In this document: one piece after another, positions 1-8,914 of the stretch
How the letters are laid out: each line of letters opens with the position of its first letter
Numbering within the stretch: position 1 is the stretch's first letter
Assembly (NCBI RefSeq): GCF_004010195.1
Contig: NC_057749.1
Coordinates: 25,617,614 to 25,661,307, forward strand
From: Chiloscyllium plagiosum
Taxonomy: Eukaryota
DNA: 43,694 nucleotides
Reading direction: 5' to 3'
The notes under the pieces: model-generated
Databases searched by the model: none
What the model saw: only the letters and a program-made list of their open reading frames with translations
What the model was told of the DNA's origin: nothing
Program-made: the position numbers and the translations under genes

Positions 1-226
1 GGGGGACAGGACCATGTTGAGGTATGCAGAGATGAGTTTGGTGGGGCAGGAGCAGGCTGAGACAATGGGTCGGCCGGGGCAGTCAGGTTTGTGGATTTTG
101 GGCAGGAGGTAGAAACGGGCGGTGCGGGGTTGTGGGACTATGAGGTTGGAGGCAGTGGATGGGAGATCCCCTGAGGTGATGAGGTTATGGATGGTCTGGG
201 AGATGATGGTTTGGTGGTGAGAGGTG
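1..226 (-). mobile_element. Penelope-like element (PLE) reverse transcriptase fragment, running off the window start
   Basis: Minus strand translates to ...ASNLIVPQPRTARFYLLPKIHKPDCPGRPIVSACSCPTKLISAYL..., the PLE RT N-terminal motif (FYxLPKIHK...GRPIVS). Confidence 0.88.
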
Positions 227-329
227 GTGCTGAGTTCGACAGGAGAATGGCACTAAGCCATGATGCTCATTTGGATAGTTGGTACAGACATGGTGGGCTC
301 AGATCAGTGCTCGTGATTGTATTGAGACG

Positions 330-640
330 AAAAAGATTCTGAGGTGACTTGACAAATTGGATGTCAGAAGGCATATTTGAAAAGAAAGGGCATCTTCTAT
401 TTAAGATGGAGGTGAGGAAGATTTATTTACACTTGGGGATCATTAGATTTTAGTCTTCTCATCCTCAGTGAGCAGTAGAGACTCCATCATGGATAAATTA
501 GATAGATTTTTGTTCGATGAGGGAGTAAAAGTTATGTGGGAAAATGGAGTTTGGGCTATAATCAGATCAGCCATGATCCGACTGAATAGTGAAGCAGCTT
601 GAGGGGCTGAACGGCCTTCTCCTGCTCTTTATTGCTTATG
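330..640 (+). mobile_element. Old CR1-like LINE 3' end
   Basis: Decayed ORF2 C-terminal and 3' UTR-like sequence ending ggctgaacggccttctcctgctcttattgcttatg. Confidence 0.5.
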
Positions 641-789
641 ATATTATAACAGTTGGAATTAGTTGATTCTAGCAATTAAATTGGACCTACTTGATGATGT
701 AATTGGAAAGACCTTTAGGGTAGTTTACTCTTGTAGGAAAATCAGCACTATTCAGTCGGATCATGGCTCTTGTAGAAAATGAGGCGTGC

Positions 790-925
790 ACCTCATTTCA
801 TACACGTACTACCCTCTGTGTGAAAAAGTTCCCCTTGGGTCAATTTTATACCTTTCCCCTCTCACCCTAAACCTATGCCCTCTAGTTCTGGACTCCCCCA
901 CCCCAGGGAAAAGACCTTGTCTATT
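790..925 (-). mobile_element. CR1 LINE ORF2 C-terminal fragment
   Basis: RQGLFPGVGESRTRGHRFRVRGERYK in ORF 809..1030. Confidence 0.85.
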
Positions 926-985
926 TGCATGTGAATATTGGAAACCAGTAAAATTGCAATATTTGTCAATGGTGTCCTCCTTAGA

Positions 986-1100
986 ATCGAAAAGTGTGGC
1001 GCTGGATAAACACAGCAGGTCAGGCAGCATCCGAGGAGCAGGAGAATCGACATTTCGGGCATAAGCCCTTCATCAGGAATGATCTCAAGTCCTTACTTAC
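986..1100. mobile_element. PLE terminal-repeat mini-insertion (family A), collapsed: one arm plus tail remnant
   Basis: Matches the 6166-6391 unit; flanked by the 10-bp direct repeat cctccttaga (976-985, 1101-1110). Confidence 0.75.
1049..1076 (-). ncRNA. Minimal hammerhead ribozyme motif (CpG-decayed helix III)
   Basis: Reverse complement reads CTGATGA-A-GGGC-TTAT-GCCC-GAAA-TGTC. Confidence 0.55.
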
Positions 1101-1142
1101 CCTCCTTAGAGGTCTGGCACACAGTGAGGATTTCTTTTGTAA

Positions 1143-1435
1143 TTAGATTCCCTAGAAACAGGCCCCTTGGCCCAACAAGTCCACACCGACACTCTGAAGA
1201 GTAACCCACCCAGACCCATTTGCCTCTGACTACTGCACTTAACACTATGGGCACTTTAGCATGGCCAACTCACATTTTTGGACTGTGGGAGGAAACCGGA
1301 GCACCGGAAGGAAACCCACACAGACGCGGGGAGAATGTGCAAACTCCACACAGACAGTCGCCCGAGGCTGGAATTGAACCCAGGACCCTAGCGCTGTGAG
1401 GCAGCAGTGCTAACCACTGAGCCACCGTGCCATCC
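1143..1435 (-). mobile_element. tRNA-derived SINE (HE1/V-SINE-like)
   Basis: Head ggcacggtggctcagtggttagcact...gggttcaattcc (Pol III A/B boxes), conserved body and CR1-like tail. Confidence 0.88.
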
Positions 1436-1444
1436 AATAAACGA

Positions 1445-2230
1445 TAGCAATGGACTGCATTTAGAATGAATAGATTGGCAAAATGGACAGATGGGTGGCG
1501 GGTGAAATTTAAAACAGAGAAGTGCAAAGTGGTGCACATTTGGCAGAACGGATTGGTCGCGAAAATATTGACACAGACTATGTTGAAACTGAAGCATTCA
1601 GAGCTTCATGTGCATGGATTTTTGAATGTGGCAGAACATATTGAAAGACAGAGCAAGCATTCAGTACCTTGGGCTTCGTAAGTGGATGTGATGAGAACAA
1701 ATGCAAGGAATGTAAAATCTGGTTAGACCAGAACTAGTGTATTGTGTCCAGTGTCGATTATCAGAAGGATGTGAATTATTTGAAAGGGTGTGGTGAAGAT
1801 TCACTTGAACAGTTCTGTATTGAAGGACTTTAGCTCCAATGCTAGGGTGGAGGAGTTGGTGTTGTACTCTTTGAAGTTAAGACGGTGGTTGTACAGACCA
1901 ATTGAAATAGGGTAGACAAAGAAAAAAAAACTTTGTTAGCTGATGGTACAAAGAACCAACATAGATTTAAGTTTTTAGGCAAGAGATTCAGGTCGGAATA
2001 TGAGGAAGAACCATTTTACGCAGGCAGTGCTAATGACCTGGATTTTGCTGCCTGGGCGGGTGGCGCAGGCAGAGACAAACAATGGTTTGAAAAGAAATTG
2101 AATGAATAATTTTAGCAAAATAGACTTGTGGGGCTACAGGGATAGAGCTGGGGAATGGGATTGACTCGATTGCTCAGTGCAGATCCCGAATGTATTCAAT
2201 GAGCCAAATGGTCTTCTATGGATCTATGAG
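1445..2230 (+). mobile_element. Highly decayed CR1 ORF2 3' part
   Basis: KWTDGWRVKFKTEKCKVVH motif in ORF 1466..1681; 3' UTR-like end near 2200. Confidence 0.7.
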
Positions 2231-2325
2231 GTATAATTTTCCCTTCCTCTATGTGGTAGCAGAGGTCACAGAAGGGGGAATTAGGAAGGTGTGTCATGTC
2301 ACCTCGATACCTAAGTTCTTAATAG

Positions 2326-2398
2326 ATCAGGCAGCATCTATGGAGAGAAAACCAGAGGTAACTACAAAAACTTGGATCAGTGATCTTTAATCAGAACT
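2326..2398 (-). mobile_element. Decayed PLE terminal repeat (family B)
   Basis: gatcaggcagcatctatggagagaaa...tcagaact resembles the 37177-37295 and 40273-40287 unit. Confidence 0.45.
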
Positions 2399-2601
2399 GT
2401 AGATTAGGAACTATCCAAGCTCATTCTTTGCAGCCTGCTGTTACAGCCACAGTATTTATCTAGCTGGTCCAGTTCAGTTTCTTGTCAGTGGTAACCCCAG
2501 GATGTTGTCATGGGGTGATTGCTGGATACTCTTTGTCCAAGATGCTTTGGCATGCCAGGACTGAGATGATTGGTCTCCAACAAACACAACCATCTTTTTT
2601 T

Positions 2602-2747
2602 GTTAAAAATCACACAACACCAGGTTATAGTCCAACAGGTTTAATTGGAGTGTGCTTTCAATTAAACCTGTTGGACTATAACCTGGTGTTGTGTGATTTT
2701 TAACTTTGTACACCCCAGTCCAACACCGGCATCTCCAAATCATGACT
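2602..2747 (+). mobile_element. Foldback PLE-type mini-insertion (family C)
   Basis: Perfect 46-bp inverted repeat (2602-2647 / 2659-2704), ~43-nt unpaired tail, TSD ac(c/t)atctttttttg at 2589-2602 and 2748-2761. Confidence 0.8.
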
Positions 2748-3341
2748 ACTATCTTTTTTTGGGCTATGTATGACTCCAACTAGCAGAGATTCACAACTCC
2801 AGTTTTTCAATGGCTCCTTGATCCTTTAATCCATCAAATGTTGGTTTGGATCTGTCCTGCTTTTTGATGATAGGGCATACCACATTGTATGGTAGTTGGC
2901 ACAGTGGTACCTGTACAGCAACGGGATGTGGATTATTCTGGAGCACATGTCTTCAGTACAATTGCTGGAATACTGTCAGGGCCCATATCTTTTCCAGTGT
3001 CTCATGTCTTCAATCATTTCTTGATACCACATGGAGTGAATCAAAATGGCTGAAGACTGGCATCTGTGATGTTTGGTATCTGCAGAGGAAGCCAAAATGT
3101 ATCGCCCACTCAGCAACTCTGGCTGAAGATTCATGCAAATGCCTCAGCTGTTCATTTTGCACTGACATGCTGGGCTAACCCATCATTTGTTTAATTGATT
3201 ACCAACATTCACTGCAGAATGTACAGGATTGTAGATCTAATCCATTGGTTGTGGAATTGCTTAGGCCTATCTATTACATACTTCCTCTACTATTTGTCAT
3301 GCATGCAGACCTATGTTATAATTTCACTCGACTATCAATTG

Positions 3342-3531
3342 GGGCACCACGGTGGCTCAGTGGTTAGCACTGCTGCTTCACAGTGCTAGGGACCTGGGTT
3401 CAATTCCACCCAGACCCATCCCTGTAACCCTGCATTTCCCATGGCTAATCCACTTAACCTACACTCTCTGGAGGGTTGGTGTGGACTCAATGGACCAAAT
3501 GGCCTGTTTTCATACTGTGGTGATTCCATGA
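3342..3531 (+). mobile_element. HE1-like SINE with internal deletion and inversion
   Basis: Plus-strand head (3342-3407), inverted body piece (~3408-3463), plus-strand tail. Confidence 0.75.
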
Positions 3532-4069
3532 CATCTTACTTTGGGCATGCTCCTGGCATGCCCTCCTGCACTCTTCAATGAACCAGGATTAATTTCCTGG
3601 CTTGGTGGTAATGGAAGGCTGGGGTATGCTGTGCCATTGAGTCATTGGCTGTGCAGCTTGGGGCTGCGGTTATCAGCAGGATGTTTCCTTGCCCACGTTT
3701 GACCTGATGTCATGAGACTTCATGGGGCCACCAGTCAGTCAATGTTGAGGGGACCTCCCCCTTGACTGTATTACACTGCGCTGCCACTGTCTGTCCTGCT
3801 ATTGAGAATAGACATACCAAGGGACGGTGGTGGTGATAGTGAGAATGATCATGTCGGGCATTCTAGTCTGTGTGACACCTCTGCCAATTTTGGCACACGT
3901 TCCCGAATGTTGGTAAGGCAGACCACACGCTGGTGGGCCATAGATGCTGGTTTCCTTCCCAGTGGTGTGGTTGATGCTAGGTTGTCCATTCAGATTAATT
4001 AACACAACATATTTTATAAGGCGTTTTAGCAGTTGGATCCAACAGAGTGACCACTTAAATGATAGCATA

Positions 4070-4262
4070 TTTCCCCAAAGGGTGTGAGTGAACCATATGT
4101 TTCTTTTAATGATAACAGTTTCATGGTCACCTTTTAATTCCACGTTCAATGCTTGAATTTGACCTTTTCCATCTGCTGTGGTAGGATTTGAAACCACATC
4201 CTCACACTATTCGCCTGGGTCTTTGATCTAATAGTCTAGGGACAATAACATTATGCTCGCAC
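4070..4262 (-). mobile_element. Second SINE family (possibly SacSINE1/DeuSINE-like), 5' part
   Basis: Similar to the 14430-14757 and 22608-22965 copies (gtttcatggtca, ggtaggatttgaa). Confidence 0.55.
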
Positions 4263-5044
4263 CCCCATTAGCTTTGTTTACCCACCAAGTCTGCACCCAG
4301 AATCGAACACTACATTCGACATACGCAGCAATGTTTTCTTCTCCAAGTAAGCATAGGGGAGATTCAAAAACATCGTCTTTGGTTGTTTTGACAAATACTG
4401 TCCCCTGGCCAACGACTCCACCCGTCTACTTGGTAACAATCTAAAGGCTGAGTCAACTCATTTGTAATCTTGATCCTAAGATCCAGCTTCTATACACGTA
4501 TCTTCTCCTTTGCCATGTTTATCTATATCCACGTCTGGAACATTAACTGAGTCTGTCTTGCCTCAGGTCGTTGACTGGAACCCTCAATAATGTCCTTGAA
4601 TTGGCTAACTCGAAGGTTCAGGTTAATACACTTGATTGACAGAGAGTTAGTTCACCTGGTAAGAGTCAAGCATTGACCTGTAGGACACACAATTCTGTTT
4701 TTAAAACAACAACTGTGATTAAGAAAGAGCTTGATTATAGCAGTTTCACATGCCTCCTTCCTCAATGCATGGGTACGCCGAAAATCCCAACACTGCAGGG
4801 TCAAAACTGCACAGTAAAATCATCACGAGATTCACTGTTGTCTGTCTCAGTTGGTCATGACATTTGATGGAATGTGGAAAAACAGGCATACCTAGTACCA
4901 AGAAGTACTTGGCAATGGCATATAAAAAAGAGGAACAGAATGTATCCATTTAAAAGTTAATTGAAGGGACGTGGGTGTTGCTGGCTGGGCCAGTTTTTAT
5001 TGCCCAAACCTAGTTGCCCTGGAGAAACAGGGTGTGAGCAGTTA

Positions 5045-5222
5045 GGTTTGCTCAATACATTTGCGAAAGTTGTATGACCCTTTGATCTTTTATTTATAAA
5101 TTCTGTGTCTGATGTGTTCCCTCTCACTAGTTACCTGAGGAAGGATTGGGGGCTCAGAGACCTTACGGTTTCAAGTTAACCAATTGGACGATAACCTGGT
5201 GTCCTGTGATTTTTGATTTCTT
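5045..5222 (+). mobile_element. Decayed family C PLE terminal repeat with hammerhead remnant
   Basis: cctgaggaagga...gctcagaga followed by ttggacgataacctggtgtcctgtgattttt, similar to 2659-2704. Confidence 0.55.
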
Positions 5223-5350
5223 GAATTGCTGCAGTTTTGGGGATGGAGGGACACTCTCAGTGCTGTAAGGGTTCTAACCCGACGACCGTGAAGTGAGAGC
5301 AGCATAGTTGCAGGTCAGGGTAGCATGTGTCATATTAATAATGAGACAAG

Positions 5351-5538
5351 GAGAAAATGAGGACTGCAGATGCTGGAGAGTCAGAGTCAACGAGTATGGT
5401 GCTGGAAAAGCGCAGCAGGTCAGGCAGCATTTGAGGAGCAGGAGAGTCGACGTTTTGGGCATAAGCCCTTCAGAACCCTCCTGCTCCTCGGATGCTGCCT
5501 GACCTGCTGTGCTTTTCCAGCGCCACACTTTTTGACTC
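5351..5538 (-). mobile_element. Foldback PLE mini-insertion (family A) with central deletion
   Basis: Inverted arms, tail on the left, TSD taataatg(aga/ggg)caag at 5336-5350 and 5539-5553 (2 mismatches). Confidence 0.8.
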
Positions 5539-5569
5539 TAATAATGGGGCAAGTGAAAAAAACACACTG

Positions 5570-6055
5570 TAAGACCAGAAGAAAAAGAACAGGAGTAAAC
5601 TGCCCAGCCTGCAACTGCATCATTGAACAGAATCACGGCTGATCCGACACTCCTCCACCTTCCATCTAATCCTTGATTCCTCGGTTGATGAAGAATCTAT
5701 CTCGGCCTAAAATATACACAAGTACTCTGCCCCCACAGCTCTCTGTGGCAAGGTGTCTCTCACCTCAAAACCCCCTGAGAGAAGAAATTCTTCCTCATCT
5801 CAATCTTAAATCAGCACCCCTTTACTCTGAGATTAAGACCTCTGGTTCTAGACTCTCCCATCAGGGGAAATATCTCTCAACTTTGACCCTGTCAAGCTGC
5901 TTATGAATCTTATATTTTTCAATGAGATCGCCTCTCATTATTCTAAAATCCAGCGCGTGGAGTCCAAACCTAGTTTAGCTTTTGCTCACAAAGCAATCCC
6001 TGTCTATCAGGGATCATCTTAGTGAACCTACTCTGAACTGCCTCCAATTAAATAA
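5570..6055 (-). mobile_element. Old CR1 3' end
   Basis: Reverse complement of an ORF2 C-terminus (agtctagaaccagagg, gagatgaggaagaatttcttctctcag). Confidence 0.65.
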
Positions 6056-6228
6056 TGTCAATGGGTCTGGTGCATATGCCACCACCAAAAGAATTATTAC
6101 ATTATTACCAGCTGCCTGAGAAAATAGGTTGGTCTTTCAGGATTCACTTGGAGTATTTCTAGAAGAGATGGAAATGTGTTGCTGGAAAAGCGCAGCAGGT
6201 CAGGCAGCATCCAGGGAACAGGAGAATC

Positions 6229-6256
6229 GACGTTTCGGGCATTAGCCCTTCTTCAG
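6229..6256 (-). ncRNA. Minimal type I hammerhead ribozyme motif (left arm)
   Basis: Reverse complement reads CTGAAGA-A-GGGC-TAAT-GCCC-GAAA-CGTC. Confidence 0.7.
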
Positions 6257-6264
6257 GATTATTC

Positions 6265-6292
6265 CTGAAGAAGGGCTTATGCCCGAAACGTC
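6265..6292 (+). ncRNA. Minimal type I hammerhead ribozyme motif (right arm)
   Basis: CTGAAGA-A-GGGC-TTAT-GCCC-GAAA-CGTC; complete core, palindromic ACGT helix III, GTC cleavage triplet. Confidence 0.7.
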
Positions 6293-6519
6293 GATTCTCC
6301 TGTTCCCTGGATGCTGCCTGACCTGCTGCGCTTTTCCAGCAACACATTTCCATCTCTGATCTCCAGCATCTGCAGACCTCACTTTCTCCTCAGTATTTCT
6401 AGAAGGGCATATAAACCTTGGAACACAGTAACAACTGGGTCACACCCCACTAGCAAGCAATTCTAAAGAGGAGCATTTGATCTGTGTTATCCAATACTGT
6501 TTCATTTCAAGAACTGGCG

Positions 6520-6805
6520 TGGTGGCTCGGTGGCACAGTGGTCAGCACAACTGCCTCACAGAGCCAGGGACCTGGGTTTGATTCCATCCTTGGGCGACTG
6601 TCTGTGTGCGTTTCCTCCCAAAATCCAAAGATGTGCAAGTTAGGTGGGTTGAGCATGCTGAATTGCCCTATAGTGTCCAGGGATGTGAAGGCTAGGTGGA
6701 TTAGTGATGGGAAATGTGGGGGTCTGAGTGGAACGGCTCTTCAGAGGGTTGGTATGGACCTGATGGCCCAAATGGTCTGCTTCCACACTGTAGAGGATAC
6801 TATGA
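6520..6805 (+). mobile_element. HE1/V-SINE-like SINE
   Basis: tRNA-like head ggtggcacagtggtcagcac, body and tail as in other copies. Confidence 0.85.
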
Positions 6806-7454
6806 GCTTAACAATCTACCACTGGCATTTGCTTTTCTGAAACCTGATTCAGATGGAAAGTTGACTGTCCACATTCAAACTGATGGCAGCTTTCCAAAGC
6901 TTGTGCAATTACTCACAAAAGTTTTGTGAGAATCAAAGAGGAACAATAGAACTGTTTTTAATCCATTATGCTCTGTTTCTGTGCAGAAACCTAGTTTCAA
7001 AGCTGTAGGGCTTAAAGGATATTTTTATTTGAAGAGATTGTTGGATGATAAGGCTGACCTTTGTAAATTTAACTAATAAAATACAAAAGCACGACTGTTT
7101 CATTTTATTGTCGAATGGATCAGTCAAATTTTACTTGTCATTCTAGTGGAAACATTGCTGTATCCAGAAAATCTGCTCTAACCTTATCATCAATTACTTC
7201 AGGTGCAAGGCAAAAACTCAAGTTAAGTATGTATTTTAATACAATTCTTTTGAAACTGGAATTTATTTATTTAATATAGTGTTACTTGTACCTAGGTACA
7301 GAGAAAAGTGGACAATGTCTCCACATTCTGGTGCTAGCTTGGATTATAGAATAAATTACTGAATAAATTGTACAAATGGCAAAATACTGAATAAATTAAC
7401 ATTAAATTAATATTACTAAAACTGAAACAGCTTCAAAAGTTCATCTGGAGAGAG

Positions 7455-7760
7455 GCGAAAAGGGGCAACATTTTCATGCAGAGGGTGGTGCGTGTATGGA
7501 ATGAGCTGCCAGAGGAGGCTGGTACGATTACAACATTTAAAAGGCATCTGGATGGGTACATGAATAGGAAGGGTTTAGAAGGATATAGGCCAAATGCTGG
7601 CAAATGGGGCTAGATTAATTTAGGATATCTGGTCGGCATGGACGAGTTGGACCAAAGGGTCTGTTTCTGTGCTGCACATCTCTGTGACTCTGTGTCTGCC
7701 TTGGGTTGGATTAAGAGTCCATTTCCATGCTGTACATCTCGGTGACTCTATATGACTCTT
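7455..7760 (+). mobile_element. CR1 3' end with a second copy of the terminal tail
   Basis: QRVVRVWNELPEE..FKRHLDGYM motif, then gctg(c/t)acatctc..tgactct twice. Confidence 0.85.
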
Positions 7761-8019
7761 TCTCTCTCTCCGTAGAGACTTCATCCTCACTGCTCCTCCA
7801 TGTCATCACTGTCTGACGTCGACCCCGGGTCCTGGCGATTGTTTCTTTTGTACTGACTCCAGCGCCATTGCTTCCGCACCCCCCACCTCTGAGCTGGAGA
7901 TGGTCACTCTGGAGCATTAAAGAGTAACTTCATTCAATTATCTACAAGGTGCAAGTCAAGAATGAAATGGAATATCCTCCACTTGCCCAGGTCACCGATA
8001 CTTAAATGGTTTGACACCA

Positions 8020-8892
8020 TAGAACATAGAACATAGAACAATACAGCATAGAACAGGCCCTTCGGCCCACGATGTTGTGCCGAACTTCTAACCTAGATTA
8101 AGTACCCATCCATGTACCTATCCAAATGCCGCTTAAAGGTCGCCAATGATCCCGACTCTACCACTCCCACGGGCAGCGCACTCCATGCCCCCACCACTCT
8201 CTGGGTAAAGAACCCACCCCTGACATCTCCCCTATACCTTCCACCCTTCACCGTAAATTTATGTCCCCTTGTAACACTCTGATGTACCCGGGGAAAAAGT
8301 TTCTGACTGTCTACTCTATCTATTCCTCTGATCATCTTATAAACCTCTATCAAGTCACCCCTCATCCTTCGCCGTTCCAACGAGAAAAGGCCGAGAACTC
8401 TCAACCGATCCTCGTACGACTTCCTCTCCATTCCAGGCAACATCCTGGTAAATCTTCTCTGCACCCTCTCCAAAGCTTCCACATCTTTCCTAAAGTGAAG
8501 CGACCAGAACTGCACACAGTACTCCAAATGTGGCCTAACAAAGGTCCTGTACAGTTGCAACATCACTTCAAGACTCTTGAATTCAATCCCTCTGCTAATG
8601 AACGATAATACTCCATAGGCCTTCTTACAAACTCTATCCACCTGAGTGGCAACCTTCAAAGATCTATGTACATAGACCCCAAGATCCCTCTGTTCCTCCA
8701 CCTGACTAAGAACCCTACCATTAACCCTGTATTCCGCATTCTTATTTGTTCTTCCAAAATGGACAACCTCACACGTGGCAGGGTTGAACTCCATCTGCCA
8801 CTCCTCAGCCCAGCTCTGCATCATATCTAAGTCCCTCTGCAGCCAACAACAGCCCTCCTCACTGTCCACAACTCCACCTATCTTCGTATCAT
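8020..8892 (-). mobile_element. Young 5'-truncated CR1 (HER1-like) LINE; RT C-terminal part still open
   Basis: ORF 8093..8944: DDTKIGGVVDSEE...EWQMEFN...RPHLEYCVQFWS...FFTQRVVGAW; (agaacat)n tail repeats at 8019-8040. Confidence 0.95.
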
Positions 8893-8914
8893 CTCCATTT
8901 CTCAGCCAAGTTAT

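Larger units (their letters stand above)
2400..3960 (-). mobile_element. Ancient LINE (CR1/L2 group) remnant, interrupted by younger inserts
   Basis: Minus strand near 2550-2595 reads MVVFVGDQSSQ, resembling the segment upstream of RT GVPQGS; the rest is very degenerate. Confidence 0.4.
6166..6391 (+). mobile_element. Young foldback PLE mini-insertion (family A)
   Basis: 97-bp arms spanning 6164-6357 with 2 mismatched pairs, ~34-nt tail 6358-6391, perfect 14-bp TSD agtatttctagaag (6152-6165, 6392-6405). Confidence 0.9.

Noticed and set aside
1370..1435. tRNA-like sequences with A and B boxes
   Set aside because: They are SINE heads continuous with the SINE body, not tRNA genes.
5274..6353. 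Recurring short ORFs with CWKSAAGQAA / LGCCLTCCAFPA, also at 862, 23194, 30097, 40281 and 40455
   Set aside because: They are translations of the non-coding family A repeat on both strands, not a peptide gene family.
6164..6357. MITE or pre-miRNA interpretation of the palindromes
   Set aside because: The asymmetric tail, long variable TSDs and hammerhead core fit PLE-derived foldbacks better; no expression evidence is available.
7755..7920. Strong-looking acceptor tctctctctccgtag
   Set aside because: The pyrimidine tract adjoins a CR1 tail, and no convincing donor or recognisable peptide follows.
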